DNA from: a bacterium
GTDB taxonomy: Bacteria > UBP6 > UBA1177
Assembly (NCBI GenBank): GCA_017645765.1
Contig: JAGCNV010000057.1
Location: 2,045 to 66,044, forward strand
Reading direction: 5' to 3'
Length of the DNA stretch: 64,000 nt
The stretch's first letter is position 1. Each line of letters begins with the position of its first letter. Shown here piece by piece: positions 1-10,157 of this stretch. The notes below the pieces were generated by a model, which did not search any database, was not told where the DNA came from, and worked only from the letters and a program-made list of their open reading frames with translations. The position numbers and the translations under genes were made by a program.

Positions 1-1482
1 TTATACAGTTCCGGAGCAGACAATTATTGGACCCTGCTCTTTATGACTGCCGGACTCCGATATGCTCCTAACAGTGAGGATTTTTCTTTCCGCTGCGTCA
101 GAGGAGAAAACGGAACAGTTTACACAGAACCTGAAGAACCCGAACCCGATCCGTGCAACCCGAATCCGTGCAGTTCAGTATTGTATTCTACCGGAGAATG
201 TTTTCCTGACGGTTCAACATATGTTTGTGCATGCATTGAATCGACATGGGACGGTTCTAACTGTGTGACGTTCGACCTTCCGAGATGCGCTTATCTGGAT
301 GAACCTGTTTTCCCGTGCATGAATGAGAGTTATAGCGATCTTATATGGTCTTCATGGAACGGAGAAGAAGCAACATGGCAGGAGGCTTTGCTTTACTGCA
401 AAAATCTCGATGAAGGCAGTTTGCAAAACTGGAGACTTCCGGACATTGACGAACTGAGAACCATTTTGTTAGTCGCAGACGAATGCGTTGTCAACGGGAA
501 CTGCCTTTCTTTCAATGAATGCAGGACGGACGCTTGTCATTGCGAATGTACCGATGATGATTTATGCTACCCCGGAAACCCGGAAAACAGCAACTACAGT
601 CGTCTGGATCAGCGTGAAACTCTCTGGTCTTCCTCCTCGAATCTCGATGATTACAACTATGCATGGCTTATAGATTTCATTCAGGGAGATATAAACGTAG
701 CGCAAAAAACGGAGAAAAAGCCATTCAGATGCGTCTGGAGCAACCGCTATGTCAACTCGTGCGAACCTAATTTTTTCTGGAACGGAACAAAATGCGTGCC
801 GGGAAGAAAAGTCTCGAAATGTTACGGCATTCCGCAGCACGCCGAAGGAGCGGAATATATAATCCAGACATGGAGCGGAACAGAATGGCTTCCGTCGGTA
901 TGGGCTCACTATGGCGACGAGCCGGGAGAATGCGCTTTCAAATGCAAAGAACACTACACCTGGAACGGTGCAAAATGTGTGGCTTACGACTTCGACTCTT
1001 TCCCTGAATGCAGCAATACATCAGCTTTTCCGTGCAAGGATTCCTCGACAAGCACTGTCTGGTCATCGATAACAGCAGGAAGAATGGAGGCTGAGGAAGC
1101 AATTTCATACTGCGAAATAATGAACGAAGGCGGCTATGAGGACTGGAAACTTCCGAATATAGATGAATTGCGTTCACTTATTATAAACTTTCCGAATACA
1201 GAAACAGGCGGCAGTTGTTGTATAAGTGAGCTGGAAGGCGGATATCTGTCGTCAGGGGAATGCTACGAAGAAAACTACTTGGACTGCTACAATCTGATAC
1301 TTTCTCCTGATGAAAATCTTGATTTCAGCAAACTGGGAGACAAAGTTACACTCTGGTCATCTTCTTACGACCGGGACAATGCAGAAACATGGTCAATATA
1401 CTACTATTTCGGAGTAGAATTCGGATCCGGCTCAATAACATACATGGATGGTGCCACAAAGTATGCCCGCTGCGTAAGGTAG
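1..1482 (+). CDS. DUF1566 (Lcl C-terminal) multi-domain Cys-rich protein, 5'-partial
   Basis: Frame is open from base 1. Two full domains (W..A..YC..L.EG...WRLP.IDELR...WSSS...RCV) plus the tail of a third (FRCVRG), an EGF-like DPCNPNPC motif and one Cys-rich QTW.G..W.PS repeat. Confidence 0.85.
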   Translation, partial: LYSSGADNYWTLLFMTAGLRYAPNSEDFSFRCVRGENGTVYTEPEEPEPDPCNPNPCSSVLYSTGECFPDGSTYVCACIESTWDGSNCVTFDLPRCAYLDEPVFPCMNESYSDLIWSSWNGEEATWQEALLYCKNLDEGSLQNWRLPDIDELRTILLVADECVVNGNCLSFNECRTDACHCECTDDDLCYPGNPENSNYSRLDQRETLWSSSSNLDDYNYAWLIDFIQGDINVAQKTEKKPFRCVWSNRYVNSCEPNFFWNGTKCVPGRKVSKCYGIPQHAEGAEYIIQTWSGTEWLPSVWAHYGDEPGECAFKCKEHYTWNGAKCVAYDFDSFPECSNTSAFPCKDSSTSTVWSSITAGRMEAEEAISYCEIMNEGGYEDWKLPNIDELRSLIINFPNTETGGSCCISELEGGYLSSGECYEENYLDCYNLILSPDENLDFSKLGDKVTLWSSSYDRDNAETWSIYYYFGVEFGSGSITYMDGATKYARCVR

Positions 1483-1505
1483 GAATTTTTTAAGGAGGAA
1501 CAAAT

Positions 1506-2789
1506 ATGAAATTCAAAGTTTTTATCATAATTGCAGTTTTTGCGGCGATACAGGTTTCCTGCGGTTCCGGTAAAACAGTGAAACCTCAGGAAACAACAGC
1601 AGACCTTGACGAAAAGACAATAAAAATAACCTGTGAAAAACATAAAGTCGAATGCGGCGATTTTATAGCGACAGTAAACGGCTCTATGAAAGCGCTTTTC
1701 TGCGGAGAATGCGAAAAAGGTTTTACCTGCGACGATGCGACAAACAAATGCAAAAATGAATCCGATACTGACGAACCGGCAGACGATTCGGATGGACCTG
1801 CGGATGACTCGGATGATTCCGATGACGATTCTGACAACCAGCCGCAGGAAGCAGAAACAAGAGAAACTGCCTGCACCGGACTTCCCGAAAACGCCGAGTG
1901 GAACACCGTTTCCGAAATAGTCCAGACTAAGGAAAACGGTGAATGGATCCCTTCAGAAAAGGCTGCTTTCAATGCCGAATCAAGCACAAACGCATGCCGG
2001 TTCATCTGCAAGGAAAATTATGTCTGGAATTCCGAGGAATGTGTCGCACACACTCCGAGCGGTCTGCCTAAATGCCGTGCAAATGTCACAAAACCGTGCG
2101 AGGACCCTGCAACCGGAATAATCTGGTCGGAAATTATTTTAACACAAATGGACTGGGGCAACGCGAAGGCTTACTGTGACGATTTCGATGAAGGCGGTTA
2201 CACCGACTGGCGTCTTCCGAATATCGACGAAATGAGGACCGTTGTCAGAAACTGCTCGCGGATGATGACCGGCGGAGAATGCCCTGTCAGCGAATTGAAC
2301 GGCGCAACAACCTTCGCAGGAAACTACGATTCCGACGAAACCCGCTTGTTTTGCACCTGCGCCTACGACGCAGCAGACAGCATTATCGGAGACAGGAACA
2401 AAGTGCTCTGGACTTCGACCACTGTTTCAGATGTGACGATGTACGCATGGACATTGGATTCGAACTTATCGCTCTCCCCCGAAGCAAAGGAATCAAAGGC
2501 TTTCATGCACTGCATCAGATCGGATTACTTCCTGCATGACAGCCACTGTGACAAGCACTATACATGGGACGGTTCGGAATGCACGCCCGACACCAAAACG
2601 ACCGAATGCAAGGGACTTCCCGAAAACGCCGAGTGGAACGCTGTTTCCAGCATAACCCAGACATGGGACGGAACAAATTGGGTCCCTTCGGCATGGGCAG
2701 CTTACAATAAGAACTCCAGTTCATCGGAATGCCGTTTCAAATGTTACGAAGAATTCACATGGAACGGAAATGAATGCGTGCTGGATTAG
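1506..2789 (+). CDS. DUF1566 domain lipoprotein with Cys-rich repeats
   Basis: AGGAGG RBS; lipoprotein-like signal (QVSC); acidic linker; two GLPENAEWN...CRF.C repeats flank a DUF1566 domain (GYTDWRLPNIDEMR). Confidence 0.85.
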   Translation: MKFKVFIIIAVFAAIQVSCGSGKTVKPQETTADLDEKTIKITCEKHKVECGDFIATVNGSMKALFCGECEKGFTCDDATNKCKNESDTDEPADDSDGPADDSDDSDDDSDNQPQEAETRETACTGLPENAEWNTVSEIVQTKENGEWIPSEKAAFNAESSTNACRFICKENYVWNSEECVAHTPSGLPKCRANVTKPCEDPATGIIWSEIILTQMDWGNAKAYCDDFDEGGYTDWRLPNIDEMRTVVRNCSRMMTGGECPVSELNGATTFAGNYDSDETRLFCTCAYDAADSIIGDRNKVLWTSTTVSDVTMYAWTLDSNLSLSPEAKESKAFMHCIRSDYFLHDSHCDKHYTWDGSECTPDTKTTECKGLPENAEWNAVSSITQTWDGTNWVPSAWAAYNKNSSSSECRFKCYEEFTWNGNECVLD

Positions 2790-2837
2790 GGTTTTTAGTA
2801 GGGAACTTAGGGTGTTTAGGGTGTTTAGGGACCTAGA
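2787..2837. repeat. 9-nt-period TTAGGG-containing tandem repeat
   Basis: GGG tracts at 2789, 2801, 2810, 2819 and 2828 (ttagggtgt ttagggtgt ttagggacc). Confidence 0.75.
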
Positions 2838-2898
2838 TTCCCTGCTTTGAATTCAGATTTTGCTGAAACTGCAATGTTTTAAGAAGCAGTGATTGATT

Positions 2899-4479
2899 TT
2901 ACGACTCTTCCTTTCCTCTTAAGAATCTGCCGAAAAGAATCATTCCGAGCGGAGAAATGACTGCGACTGCACCGACCCAGATCCAGATCATGTAGTGGTG
3001 CGAGATGTCGCCGACCTGCAAGGTCTTTTCACCGGCTTCGTTGACGATTTCGGTTGCCGGCGTGTAGGCTGAAAGAAGCGCGCCCGACATCCATGCGACG
3101 AGGGGCTGCGAAATGAATTTGGGAAGAAGCGAAAGGCTGAGGTAGCTTGCTTCCTGCCCTTTCGGCGCGATTTTAGCAGTGTATTCCATAAGTCGCGGCG
3201 ACCAGATAGCCTCACCTATCGTGAAAAGAACGACGAAGAAGCAGAGACCGAGACAAATTGCTATCGTTGAAAGCGAGGAACCGTCCGGAAGAGCGAGCCA
3301 TTTCTGCCAGATGAGCCTACCGAGCATCGAATCTGCGATCGGAGCGTAGAATTCATCAGGCAAAACGACGAAAAATACCGATGCGGCCGAGATCAGAGAG
3401 CCTATCGTTATCATTTTGTATGCGCTCCACTTTCTCGTGAGCCATGCGATCGTCGGGACAAAGAAAATGACGATTACAGGGTTCAGAACACCGTAGATGT
3501 TGCCTATTTTCGCCCCTTCGCCGAGTACGCGGATCCCGTATTTCGGGAATGTGTAGTGGAAATGGTAGAAAACGTAGTTTACACCGAGAAGTATCGCCAA
3601 AAGCGCCATGAACTTCCAGAAAGCCTTCTGTTTCGCGACATTCACAAAGATTTTGCCTGCATCCGCAAACGAATTTTTTATCGAATCAAGGATCGAAACG
3701 AGCATGTTTCCTTCTTTTTTCGCCCTTTCGTTCTCGATGTGCTTTACGAGCTCGCCTTCGTCGTTGAGGTCGATGTTGTCACGGATTATCGCGACAAAGA
3801 AAAGTGTCGGGATGCTGATGAGAAACGCGACAAGAAGAATGAAGCGGTAAGTCGAAATCTCGCCCAGAAGCGGGATAGCGATGTTTCCGTATTCGCCGTA
3901 GACTTCACGGATCCCGTCAAAAATAAGTCCGCCCATAGCAAATCCGACGTTCATCAAAGTGTAGAACATCGCGAATCCGAGAGCCGAAGTGTCAGATTTC
4001 GTGTATCTTTTGAGTGCGACCGAAATGACCGGGCTCATAAATGCTACTGAAACCGCCTGCGGAACAAAGCCGAGAAGCGTAACGACCCAGAAATTTGTTG
4101 TGAGGAAAAGGAAAAATCTCGAAAATATTGCCAGGATCGTGCCGATAAGAAGCACTTTTTTGATTCCGACCGCGTCGACAAGCGAACCTACACCGAAAAT
4201 AAGGAGCGTATATGCTAAATTCCACGTTCCCATGTAGTTTCCCGCCGCGACATCACTGAGTCCCAGATCGCTCGACAGGAACAGAGTGAGCGTCATCAGC
4301 ATTACCGAATAAGCGGTGTATTCGATGATCTGCGAAATCGAGACGAACCAGATCTCACGCGGAGAAGTCTTGAGGCCGCGCTTGTAGTTGTAGACGATGT
4401 AAATAAAGTAAACGCAAGCCGCAGCTGCAACGGAATAAAGCAGATAAGTTATCCACTGCGGGAATTCAATATAGGACAT
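2899..4479 (-). CDS. MFS transporter (POT/peptide transporter-like)
   Basis: About 12-13 hydrophobic segments; motif-A-like GSLVDAVGIKK; GFAMFY..MNVG; TIGEAIWSPR...APKGQEASY. Confidence 0.85.
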   Translation of the reverse strand: MSYIEFPQWITYLLYSVAAAACVYFIYIVYNYKRGLKTSPREIWFVSISQIIEYTAYSVMLMTLTLFLSSDLGLSDVAAGNYMGTWNLAYTLLIFGVGSLVDAVGIKKVLLIGTILAIFSRFFLFLTTNFWVVTLLGFVPQAVSVAFMSPVISVALKRYTKSDTSALGFAMFYTLMNVGFAMGGLIFDGIREVYGEYGNIAIPLLGEISTYRFILLVAFLISIPTLFFVAIIRDNIDLNDEGELVKHIENERAKKEGNMLVSILDSIKNSFADAGKIFVNVAKQKAFWKFMALLAILLGVNYVFYHFHYTFPKYGIRVLGEGAKIGNIYGVLNPVIVIFFVPTIAWLTRKWSAYKMITIGSLISAASVFFVVLPDEFYAPIADSMLGRLIWQKWLALPDGSSLSTIAICLGLCFFVVLFTIGEAIWSPRLMEYTAKIAPKGQEASYLSLSLLPKFISQPLVAWMSGALLSAYTPATEIVNEAGEKTLQVGDISHHYMIWIWVGAVAVISPLGMILFGRFLRGKEES

Positions 4480-4520
4480 TTTTACCTCCGGAAAAAGGAG
4501 TTAAAAAAAGAGATGTTAAA

Positions 4521-5735
4521 CTATGCAATAGCTTTTGAAATATAGACCGCAAGTTTTGTCAGGCAGTTTACATAGCTGCCGAGTTCGTTGTCATACCAGC
4601 CGAAAATCTTGGCGTGGGTGACAGGAACATTTGACAACGGCGGAATATCAACGAAACCGGTTCTCGTGTGGGTATCGTTGCCTTCGATGACGCATGCAGC
4701 CATCTGCCCTTTGAGGTCGCTCGAAACATTCTGTCTTTCCGAAAGGTAAAGCAGATCCTTCTGCATTCCGGCAGCAGCTTCGCGGTAAACGTTGTTTATA
4801 AATTCGCGGTTGATCTTCGGAAAACCGTCCTTGTCAAGCGGCGTGTGGAATGTGAGGTTGAGATTGATAAGAGATACCGTCTGAACCGGAACGCGAACCG
4901 AATCAGCCATGAAACCGATGTTTTTCATTACCGGAAGGATGTATTCGAGAGCCTTTGCGGCGCCTGTCGTCGAAAGGATGATGTTGTAACCTGCCGCTCT
5001 GTTTTTACGGAGATCGCTCGTTCCGCTTTTGGGAACTGCGTCAAGAACGTTCTGCGAATTGGTCATCGAGTGGATCGTCGACATGCTTGCGGTAAGAATA
5101 GCCGAAGTCTCTTCGTGATCGAGAAGTGGCTTCATCATGTGTGCAAGCGCCGTAGTCGTGCAGGATGCAGCCGAAATTATGTGGTGGTTCATCGGATCGA
5201 AATTTCTGTGGTTGACGCCATAAACCATCATAACTGCGTCTTCCGGAAGAGTTTTCGATTTTCCTTTGAGTTTGAAGGGAGCCGAAAGAATGACTTTTCT
5301 AGCGCCGCCTGCGATGTGGCCTCTGAGAGAGCCGTTCGGAGAAGATTCATCGCTCGGATCTACGAATTTTCCGGTCGTGTCGATGACGACTCTTGCCCCT
5401 TCCTGACCCCACGGGATCTTTTCCGGATTTCTTTCGCTTCTCAAAAATTTGACCTTTTTGCCGTAGAAGCTGACTTCGCCGTTTGCCTCGTCGGTTATCT
5501 CGATTTCAGGCTCTTTCGTGCTGCCGAAACCGAAAAGGAAATTGTGAAGAGTTCCGTAAGTCGAATCGTAGATCGCATAATCGACAAGATCTGTAAGCGA
5601 TTTGCCGACTTCACGCCCGAGATTGATGACGATTCTGTCAAAATCATCCTTCAGAAGCATGTTCCAAAGAGTAAGTTTTCCGATTCTGCCGAATCCGTTG
5701 ATACCGATTGTAGCCTTGCAGTTGATGTCAATCAT
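4521..5735 (-). CDS. gap: glyceraldehyde-3-phosphate dehydrogenase (type I family, divergent)
   Basis: GINGFGRIGK nucleotide-binding motif; ASCTT catalytic Cys; TTGAAKA; RVP; WYDNE. Confidence 0.85.
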   Translation of the reverse strand: MIDINCKATIGINGFGRIGKLTLWNMLLKDDFDRIVINLGREVGKSLTDLVDYAIYDSTYGTLHNFLFGFGSTKEPEIEITDEANGEVSFYGKKVKFLRSERNPEKIPWGQEGARVVIDTTGKFVDPSDESSPNGSLRGHIAGGARKVILSAPFKLKGKSKTLPEDAVMMVYGVNHRNFDPMNHHIISAASCTTTALAHMMKPLLDHEETSAILTASMSTIHSMTNSQNVLDAVPKSGTSDLRKNRAAGYNIILSTTGAAKALEYILPVMKNIGFMADSVRVPVQTVSLINLNLTFHTPLDKDGFPKINREFINNVYREAAAGMQKDLLYLSERQNVSSDLKGQMAACVIEGNDTHTRTGFVDIPPLSNVPVTHAKIFGWYDNELGSYVNCLTKLAVYISKAIA

Positions 5736-5839
5736 AACGACCTCCTAAAATGAATTGGTAAAAATCAAAAACACAATATTTTAGGAATCCTCAAACATTT
5801 TGCAAATTTAATTAAAAACCAGACAGAAATTTCCTGCGT

Positions 5840-5868
5840 TTGACAACAAAGCCTTTTTCGAGTAATAT
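5840..5868 (+). promoter_or_regulatory. sigma70-type promoter
   Basis: TTGACA (5840-5845), 17-nt spacer, TAATAT (5863-5868), upstream of the lipoprotein gene at 5904. Confidence 0.55.
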
Positions 5869-5903
5869 TAAAAGGTTTATGGTTAGTTTTTTGGAGAAGT
5901 TCA

Positions 5904-7124
5904 ATGAAAAAGATTTTATTTGCCGCATTTATGGTTTTTGCTGCATTTTTTATCGTCTCATGCGCCGGAGAAGATGAAATAGCAAACGCTATCGGAAAAT
6001 CCTGTGCTGTCGAAGGCGAGGAAATCTGCTCGGATGACAATTCACAAATTTTGATTTGCCGCGATTTTTCGTGGCAGATGAAAAAGAGCTGCAACCTCAA
6101 TTTCGGTCAGTACTGCCGACAGACGGCAAGCGGTTCTTTCAGCTGCACCGACAGCGGAAACTCTACTGAACCTACCAACGAACCTACCGAAACCGAACCG
6201 ACAGAGCAGGAACCGGAACCGGAAGACAATGAACCTACAGATCCGGAACCTTCCGACAACGAACCAAACGATAATGAACCGGCTGACAATGAACCTACAG
6301 ATCCGGAACCTTCCGACAACGAACCGTCCGATGATGATACGGAACCCGCAAATGATAACGACACCGAACCTGTTGTTAAAGATCTGGAAACATGCACAGA
6401 TATAGCCAAATGCCGGAAAGACTGCGATACAAGCAGCTGCAGAACCGAATGCTACAACAGAGGAACAGACGAAGCGCAGAATGATTATGACGAAGCCACC
6501 CAGAAATGTATGACTTATACGGAACTCGATGATTTGAAAAAATGCCTTGAACTTCGTTTGAAATGCGGCACACCCGGTGACGAAAGTTACGCCTTACCTT
6601 ACGGACACGCTGTTATAAACGGTTCGTTCTCATACATTAACGATCCGGCAACGACTTCTTTTTCACAAGGCACTTTCATTGGTACTTTCGTAAACGGCAT
6701 TTTCGGTTCGAACGGAAACATTCCCGACGCAACTTCAAATGCTACGTTTTCGTATGCTGAAGTGAGTACAAACGGCAAATATCTTGTGCTGAATCAGGGA
6801 TATGATTCCAGTGAAGAAAACAAGACACCTTATGTCGGACTTATTATCGAAGCCACAGCCCCCGGAACTTATCTGGTAGGGGTCGATTCTAAAAGCAAGA
6901 TAGAAATGGATGTTTACGAACCTGTCTCAAGCACATCAATCTGCTATCATGCTTTCGGTTACGGTTATCTCGAACTTGACGGAACAGCACTTACAGACAC
7001 CTATTCAATCGGAGCCGGAACAATAACAGTAAAAGGCGAAGTTGACCTTTACAGCTACAAAAACGCACCGATGTACAACGGAGACATAACAAACACCGAC
7101 GTCGTAGCCTGCCAGCCTAAATAA
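5904..7124 (+). CDS. Cys-rich lipoprotein with acidic Pro/Glu/Asp linker, unknown function
   Basis: Signal peptide ending FIVSC; Cys-rich domains; EPTDPEPSDN repeats. Confidence 0.8.
   Translation: MKKILFAAFMVFAAFFIVSCAGEDEIANAIGKSCAVEGEEICSDDNSQILICRDFSWQMKKSCNLNFGQYCRQTASGSFSCTDSGNSTEPTNEPTETEPTEQEPEPEDNEPTDPEPSDNEPNDNEPADNEPTDPEPSDNEPSDDDTEPANDNDTEPVVKDLETCTDIAKCRKDCDTSSCRTECYNRGTDEAQNDYDEATQKCMTYTELDDLKKCLELRLKCGTPGDESYALPYGHAVINGSFSYINDPATTSFSQGTFIGTFVNGIFGSNGNIPDATSNATFSYAEVSTNGKYLVLNQGYDSSEENKTPYVGLIIEATAPGTYLVGVDSKSKIEMDVYEPVSSTSICYHAFGYGYLELDGTALTDTYSIGAGTITVKGEVDLYSYKNAPMYNGDITNTDVVACQPK
6225..6325 (+). repeat. intragenic 41-nt exact direct repeat (60-nt period)
   Basis: gacaatgaacctacagatccggaaccttccgacaacgaacc at 6225-6265 and 6285-6325. 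Confidence 0.9.
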
Positions 7125-7151
7125 CCAATATTAACAATAACTTACATTAAA

Positions 7152-8264
7152 ATGGAGAACAAATTGTCAGACAACAATTCAGGATCAACCTCAAGGCTTT
7201 TGCAGCTTTGCTTCTGCTATTTCTTTTTCTACATCATAACTGGTGTCGGAGTTAAATTCTTCCTCAAAACAGGCGATGGTTTTCCAGGACTTCCCGGTAT
7301 GGAATACCTTTTCTACAGCACTCTTGCTTCGACTGTTCTCGTCACGGCGATCGTCCTCATCCTGCGCTGGTACCGCCTTGATTCTGTAAGAAAAATCACG
7401 GTCTGCGGCATAACGATGCCAAGCGAACTGCCATACATCGTTTTTTCGGGAATCTGCACGGCTGTCGTAGTTCCGACAACCACACTGCTTTACACTTTTG
7501 ACCACATTTCGGTCATGGTCGCAATGATCATCATGCGCGGTTCGGTCATCATCATCGGCAGGATCGTAGACGCGATCCAGATCAAACAGGGAATTTTAAA
7601 GAAAAAAGTCTTCATGGAAGAAAATATCGCGATGTGCATAGCCCTTTTCGCAGTTCTCATCAAGGCTTTCACCGGCGGCAGCGACGGCAAAGAGAGCCCG
7701 TTCTCGTCGATTCCGTTCATGGTCATTTTCTTAAGCTACATTCTGGCCTACATGTTCAGAATCTACATAATGAACTACTACAAAAACACCCGTCCGGCAG
7801 AAGAAAAAGCAGCAAAGAAAGACAACAACAAGGCGTTCTTCGCAATCGAGCAGATCGCATCCTTCACCACGATGCTGCTTGTTACGATCTGCGTTCTCAT
7901 CGCGGCAGGAAAATTCGGCGTAACAGGCCCGAGGATCGATCCGTTCTCAAAAGCGTTCTTCAACACCAACTGGGACTGGGCAATCTGGGCAGGACTTGTT
8001 GGAACGGCTTACGGAATCAATGCTTTCTTCTCGGTTTTCATCTTCATGTTCAAAGGAAGAACAGCGACTTTCGCAAACCTTGCGAACCGTCTGACTTCGC
8101 TCATTGCGGGAACTCTTTCGACAGTTATCTTCGCAGCTGTTTTCGGCGGAAAATATCCTGCTCTCATCGACTGGGTATCGCTCGGATTCATCTTCCTCGC
8201 GATCTGGTTCATGGCTAAAGCTGAAAAGAAAAGAAAAGCCGAAATGACAGCTTCAGCCAAATAA
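7152..8264 (+). CDS. multi-pass membrane protein (possibly DMT-superfamily-like)
   Basis: 370-aa ORF with about 10 hydrophobic segments. Confidence 0.7.
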   Translation: MENKLSDNNSGSTSRLLQLCFCYFFFYIITGVGVKFFLKTGDGFPGLPGMEYLFYSTLASTVLVTAIVLILRWYRLDSVRKITVCGITMPSELPYIVFSGICTAVVVPTTTLLYTFDHISVMVAMIIMRGSVIIIGRIVDAIQIKQGILKKKVFMEENIAMCIALFAVLIKAFTGGSDGKESPFSSIPFMVIFLSYILAYMFRIYIMNYYKNTRPAEEKAAKKDNNKAFFAIEQIASFTTMLLVTICVLIAAGKFGVTGPRIDPFSKAFFNTNWDWAIWAGLVGTAYGINAFFSVFIFMFKGRTATFANLANRLTSLIAGTLSTVIFAAVFGGKYPALIDWVSLGFIFLAIWFMAKAEKKRKAEMTASAK

Positions 8265-8274
8265 TTTTTAAGAT

Positions 8275-9237
8275 TTATTTATCTGATTTTTCTGAATTTT
8301 CCTTTTCTACGGCAGACTCTTTTTCACCTGATTCTTCAGCTTTTTTCTCAGCTTCCTCAGCTTTCTTTTTGGCTTCTTCCTCTTTCTTTTTGCCGTACTG
8401 TCGGTCTCCCTGGGAAGTTGTTTTTACGATACGATCTTCTTCATCGTAATAGTATTCCCCGCCGTAAACATCTTCAGGGATCTTGTCTATCAGCTTTGAC
8501 TTAACAAGCTCTTTCAGTTCTTTATCGGGAGACACCTTATATCTTTTGTAGTATTCTTCGGCAGCTTCGCTCAAAACCAGCAGGTTTGCAAAATGCTGAA
8601 GTTCTTTCTCAAACTGGTCGTGCATATATTTATCCTTTGCCGTTGCAAGTCTTGATTTCGTATATTCATAACCAAGTCTGTAACCGCCGCCCATAGTTGC
8701 AATGTGGTTTACGAGCCAAATTATCCTCTGTGGTGCACTTTTCATACTTACTGCTTCATACATCAAAGGATAAGCTCTCGCCATATCGCCAAGGTAAATA
8801 TAATAATTGTAACCTTGATTGAACACATAATAGTAATCGTCGGGATAAAGTTCATGTCCGAGCCGGAGCAACGAATTCGCCGATTCGATCGCACTTTCAG
8901 TCCGCATCGAAGAAATTGCCGCTTCGCCGAAAGGAATCGCATATTCAAGGCTGGGATTGAGTGCCAGGATAACGCGGATCATCTGTTCCAGAAGAAGGTA
9001 AGTTCCGTCGGTAACATAGTGACTTCCGTAATAATATTGGGATCTTGCAAAAAGAAGATCTGCTGCAAAAGCATTCATACCCATAAACATGATTTTGGCA
9101 AAATCAGGCTCGGGATAAGCCGCGATCGTCTCGACTTTCGGTCTTTCGTTTTCAATCAGGTGCTTTCTGACGAAATAAAAAGGAAGAAGAGTGACAAGGA
9201 TAAGAATGACAGCTACAAGTGTCGATATTTTCTTCAT
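8275..9237 (-). CDS. membrane-anchored TPR-like protein (resembles PilG/XapA-type pilus accessory proteins)
   Basis: N-terminal TM; ADLLFARSQYYYG; TPR-like helices; IPEDVYGGEY motif. ATG at 9237 overlaps the upstream stop (ATGA). Confidence 0.6.
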   Translation of the reverse strand: MKKISTLVAVILILVTLLPFYFVRKHLIENERPKVETIAAYPEPDFAKIMFMGMNAFAADLLFARSQYYYGSHYVTDGTYLLLEQMIRVILALNPSLEYAIPFGEAAISSMRTESAIESANSLLRLGHELYPDDYYYVFNQGYNYYIYLGDMARAYPLMYEAVSMKSAPQRIIWLVNHIATMGGGYRLGYEYTKSRLATAKDKYMHDQFEKELQHFANLLVLSEAAEEYYKRYKVSPDKELKELVKSKLIDKIPEDVYGGEYYYDEEDRIVKTTSQGDRQYGKKKEEEAKKKAEEAEKKAEESGEKESAVEKENSEKSDK

Positions 9238-10157
9238 TTTTTCCCCCAATCATCTTTCATTTTTCTGATGTCGTCACGAATACTTACGATAAGTTCCGCC
9301 AAAAATCCCATAAAAATAAAAATTAGTCCCGAAAGAAAGAGACCAAGACTGAAATAAAGGAGCGGACGCATTCTGAAAACCGGATTACCGAGAACGAACT
9401 GGTCGTACAGCAGCCATGCAACAATAAGAAGCGAAACGAACATCTGTATAAATCCCATCGAACCGAAGATACGCATCGGGGCTTTCGTGAAAGTGAGTAT
9501 AAATTTGACCGCCATTGAATCAAAGAACGATATCGGGATCCTTTTCAGTCCGAAATGGCTGTGACCGCTTTTACGTCTGTGCCACATAACCGGCACTTCG
9601 ACTGCGTTATAGCCTTTTGCGTGAAGGATCTGAACAATGAAACGGTGCCAGTCGCTACGCAGTTCCAGATCTTCGAGACACTCGCGTCTGAAAGCCTTTA
9701 TCCAGTTCATGTCGCCGAGCTTTATTCCGAAAAGGAACATACTGATTTCATTATAGATTCTAGACAGAAAAACTTTAAATTCGCGTCTTTTTTCCCTTTT
9801 GCCGCATACAATATCGACTCCAGGCTCGAAAGCTTTGAGAAGTGCCGGAATATCTTCATCAGGATAGGATTCCAAATCTGCCGGAAGAAAAACTATTATT
9901 TCGCCGTGACATTCTTTGAAACCGGTATTCATCGCTTCGGTAAGCCCTTTGTTTTTGCGGTGTCTGAAAAGATGGACCCATGGCCTGGTTTCAGCCGCTT
10001 TTTCGACAACTGCCGCGCCGTCATCGGTCGAACCGTCATCAACCATAACCAGTTCGACATCAACAGCAGCCGCCTTTGCACCTTTTTCTGTTCTGTCGAT
10101 TATCTCTGAAAGATTTTTTTCCTCGTTGCAGAAAGGAATGAAAACCGAAACAAGCAT
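9234..10157 (-). CDS. glycosyltransferase family 2 (DPM1/ArnC-like)
   Basis: VFIPFCNEE, VDDGSTD, LPADL, two C-terminal TMs; start set at the ATG after a GAGGAG RBS. Confidence 0.9.
   Translation of the reverse strand: MLVSVFIPFCNEEKNLSEIIDRTEKGAKAAAVDVELVMVDDGSTDDGAAVVEKAAETRPWVHLFRHRKNKGLTEAMNTGFKECHGEIIVFLPADLESYPDEDIPALLKAFEPGVDIVCGKREKRREFKVFLSRIYNEISMFLFGIKLGDMNWIKAFRRECLEDLELRSDWHRFIVQILHAKGYNAVEVPVMWHRRKSGHSHFGLKRIPISFFDSMAVKFILTFTKAPMRIFGSMGFIQMFVSLLIVAWLLYDQFVLGNPVFRMRPLLYFSLGLFLSGLIFIFMGFLAELIVSIRDDIRKMKDDWGKK

Noticed and set aside
4668-5753. 361-aa ORF antisense to the GAPDH gene
   Set aside because: Shadow ORF of a codon-biased gene with no recognisable motifs. The same applies to the many shorter antisense ORFs in the track.
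6225-6325. 41-nt direct repeat as a CRISPR-like or mobile-element signal
   Set aside because: Only two copies, in frame within a low-complexity protein linker.
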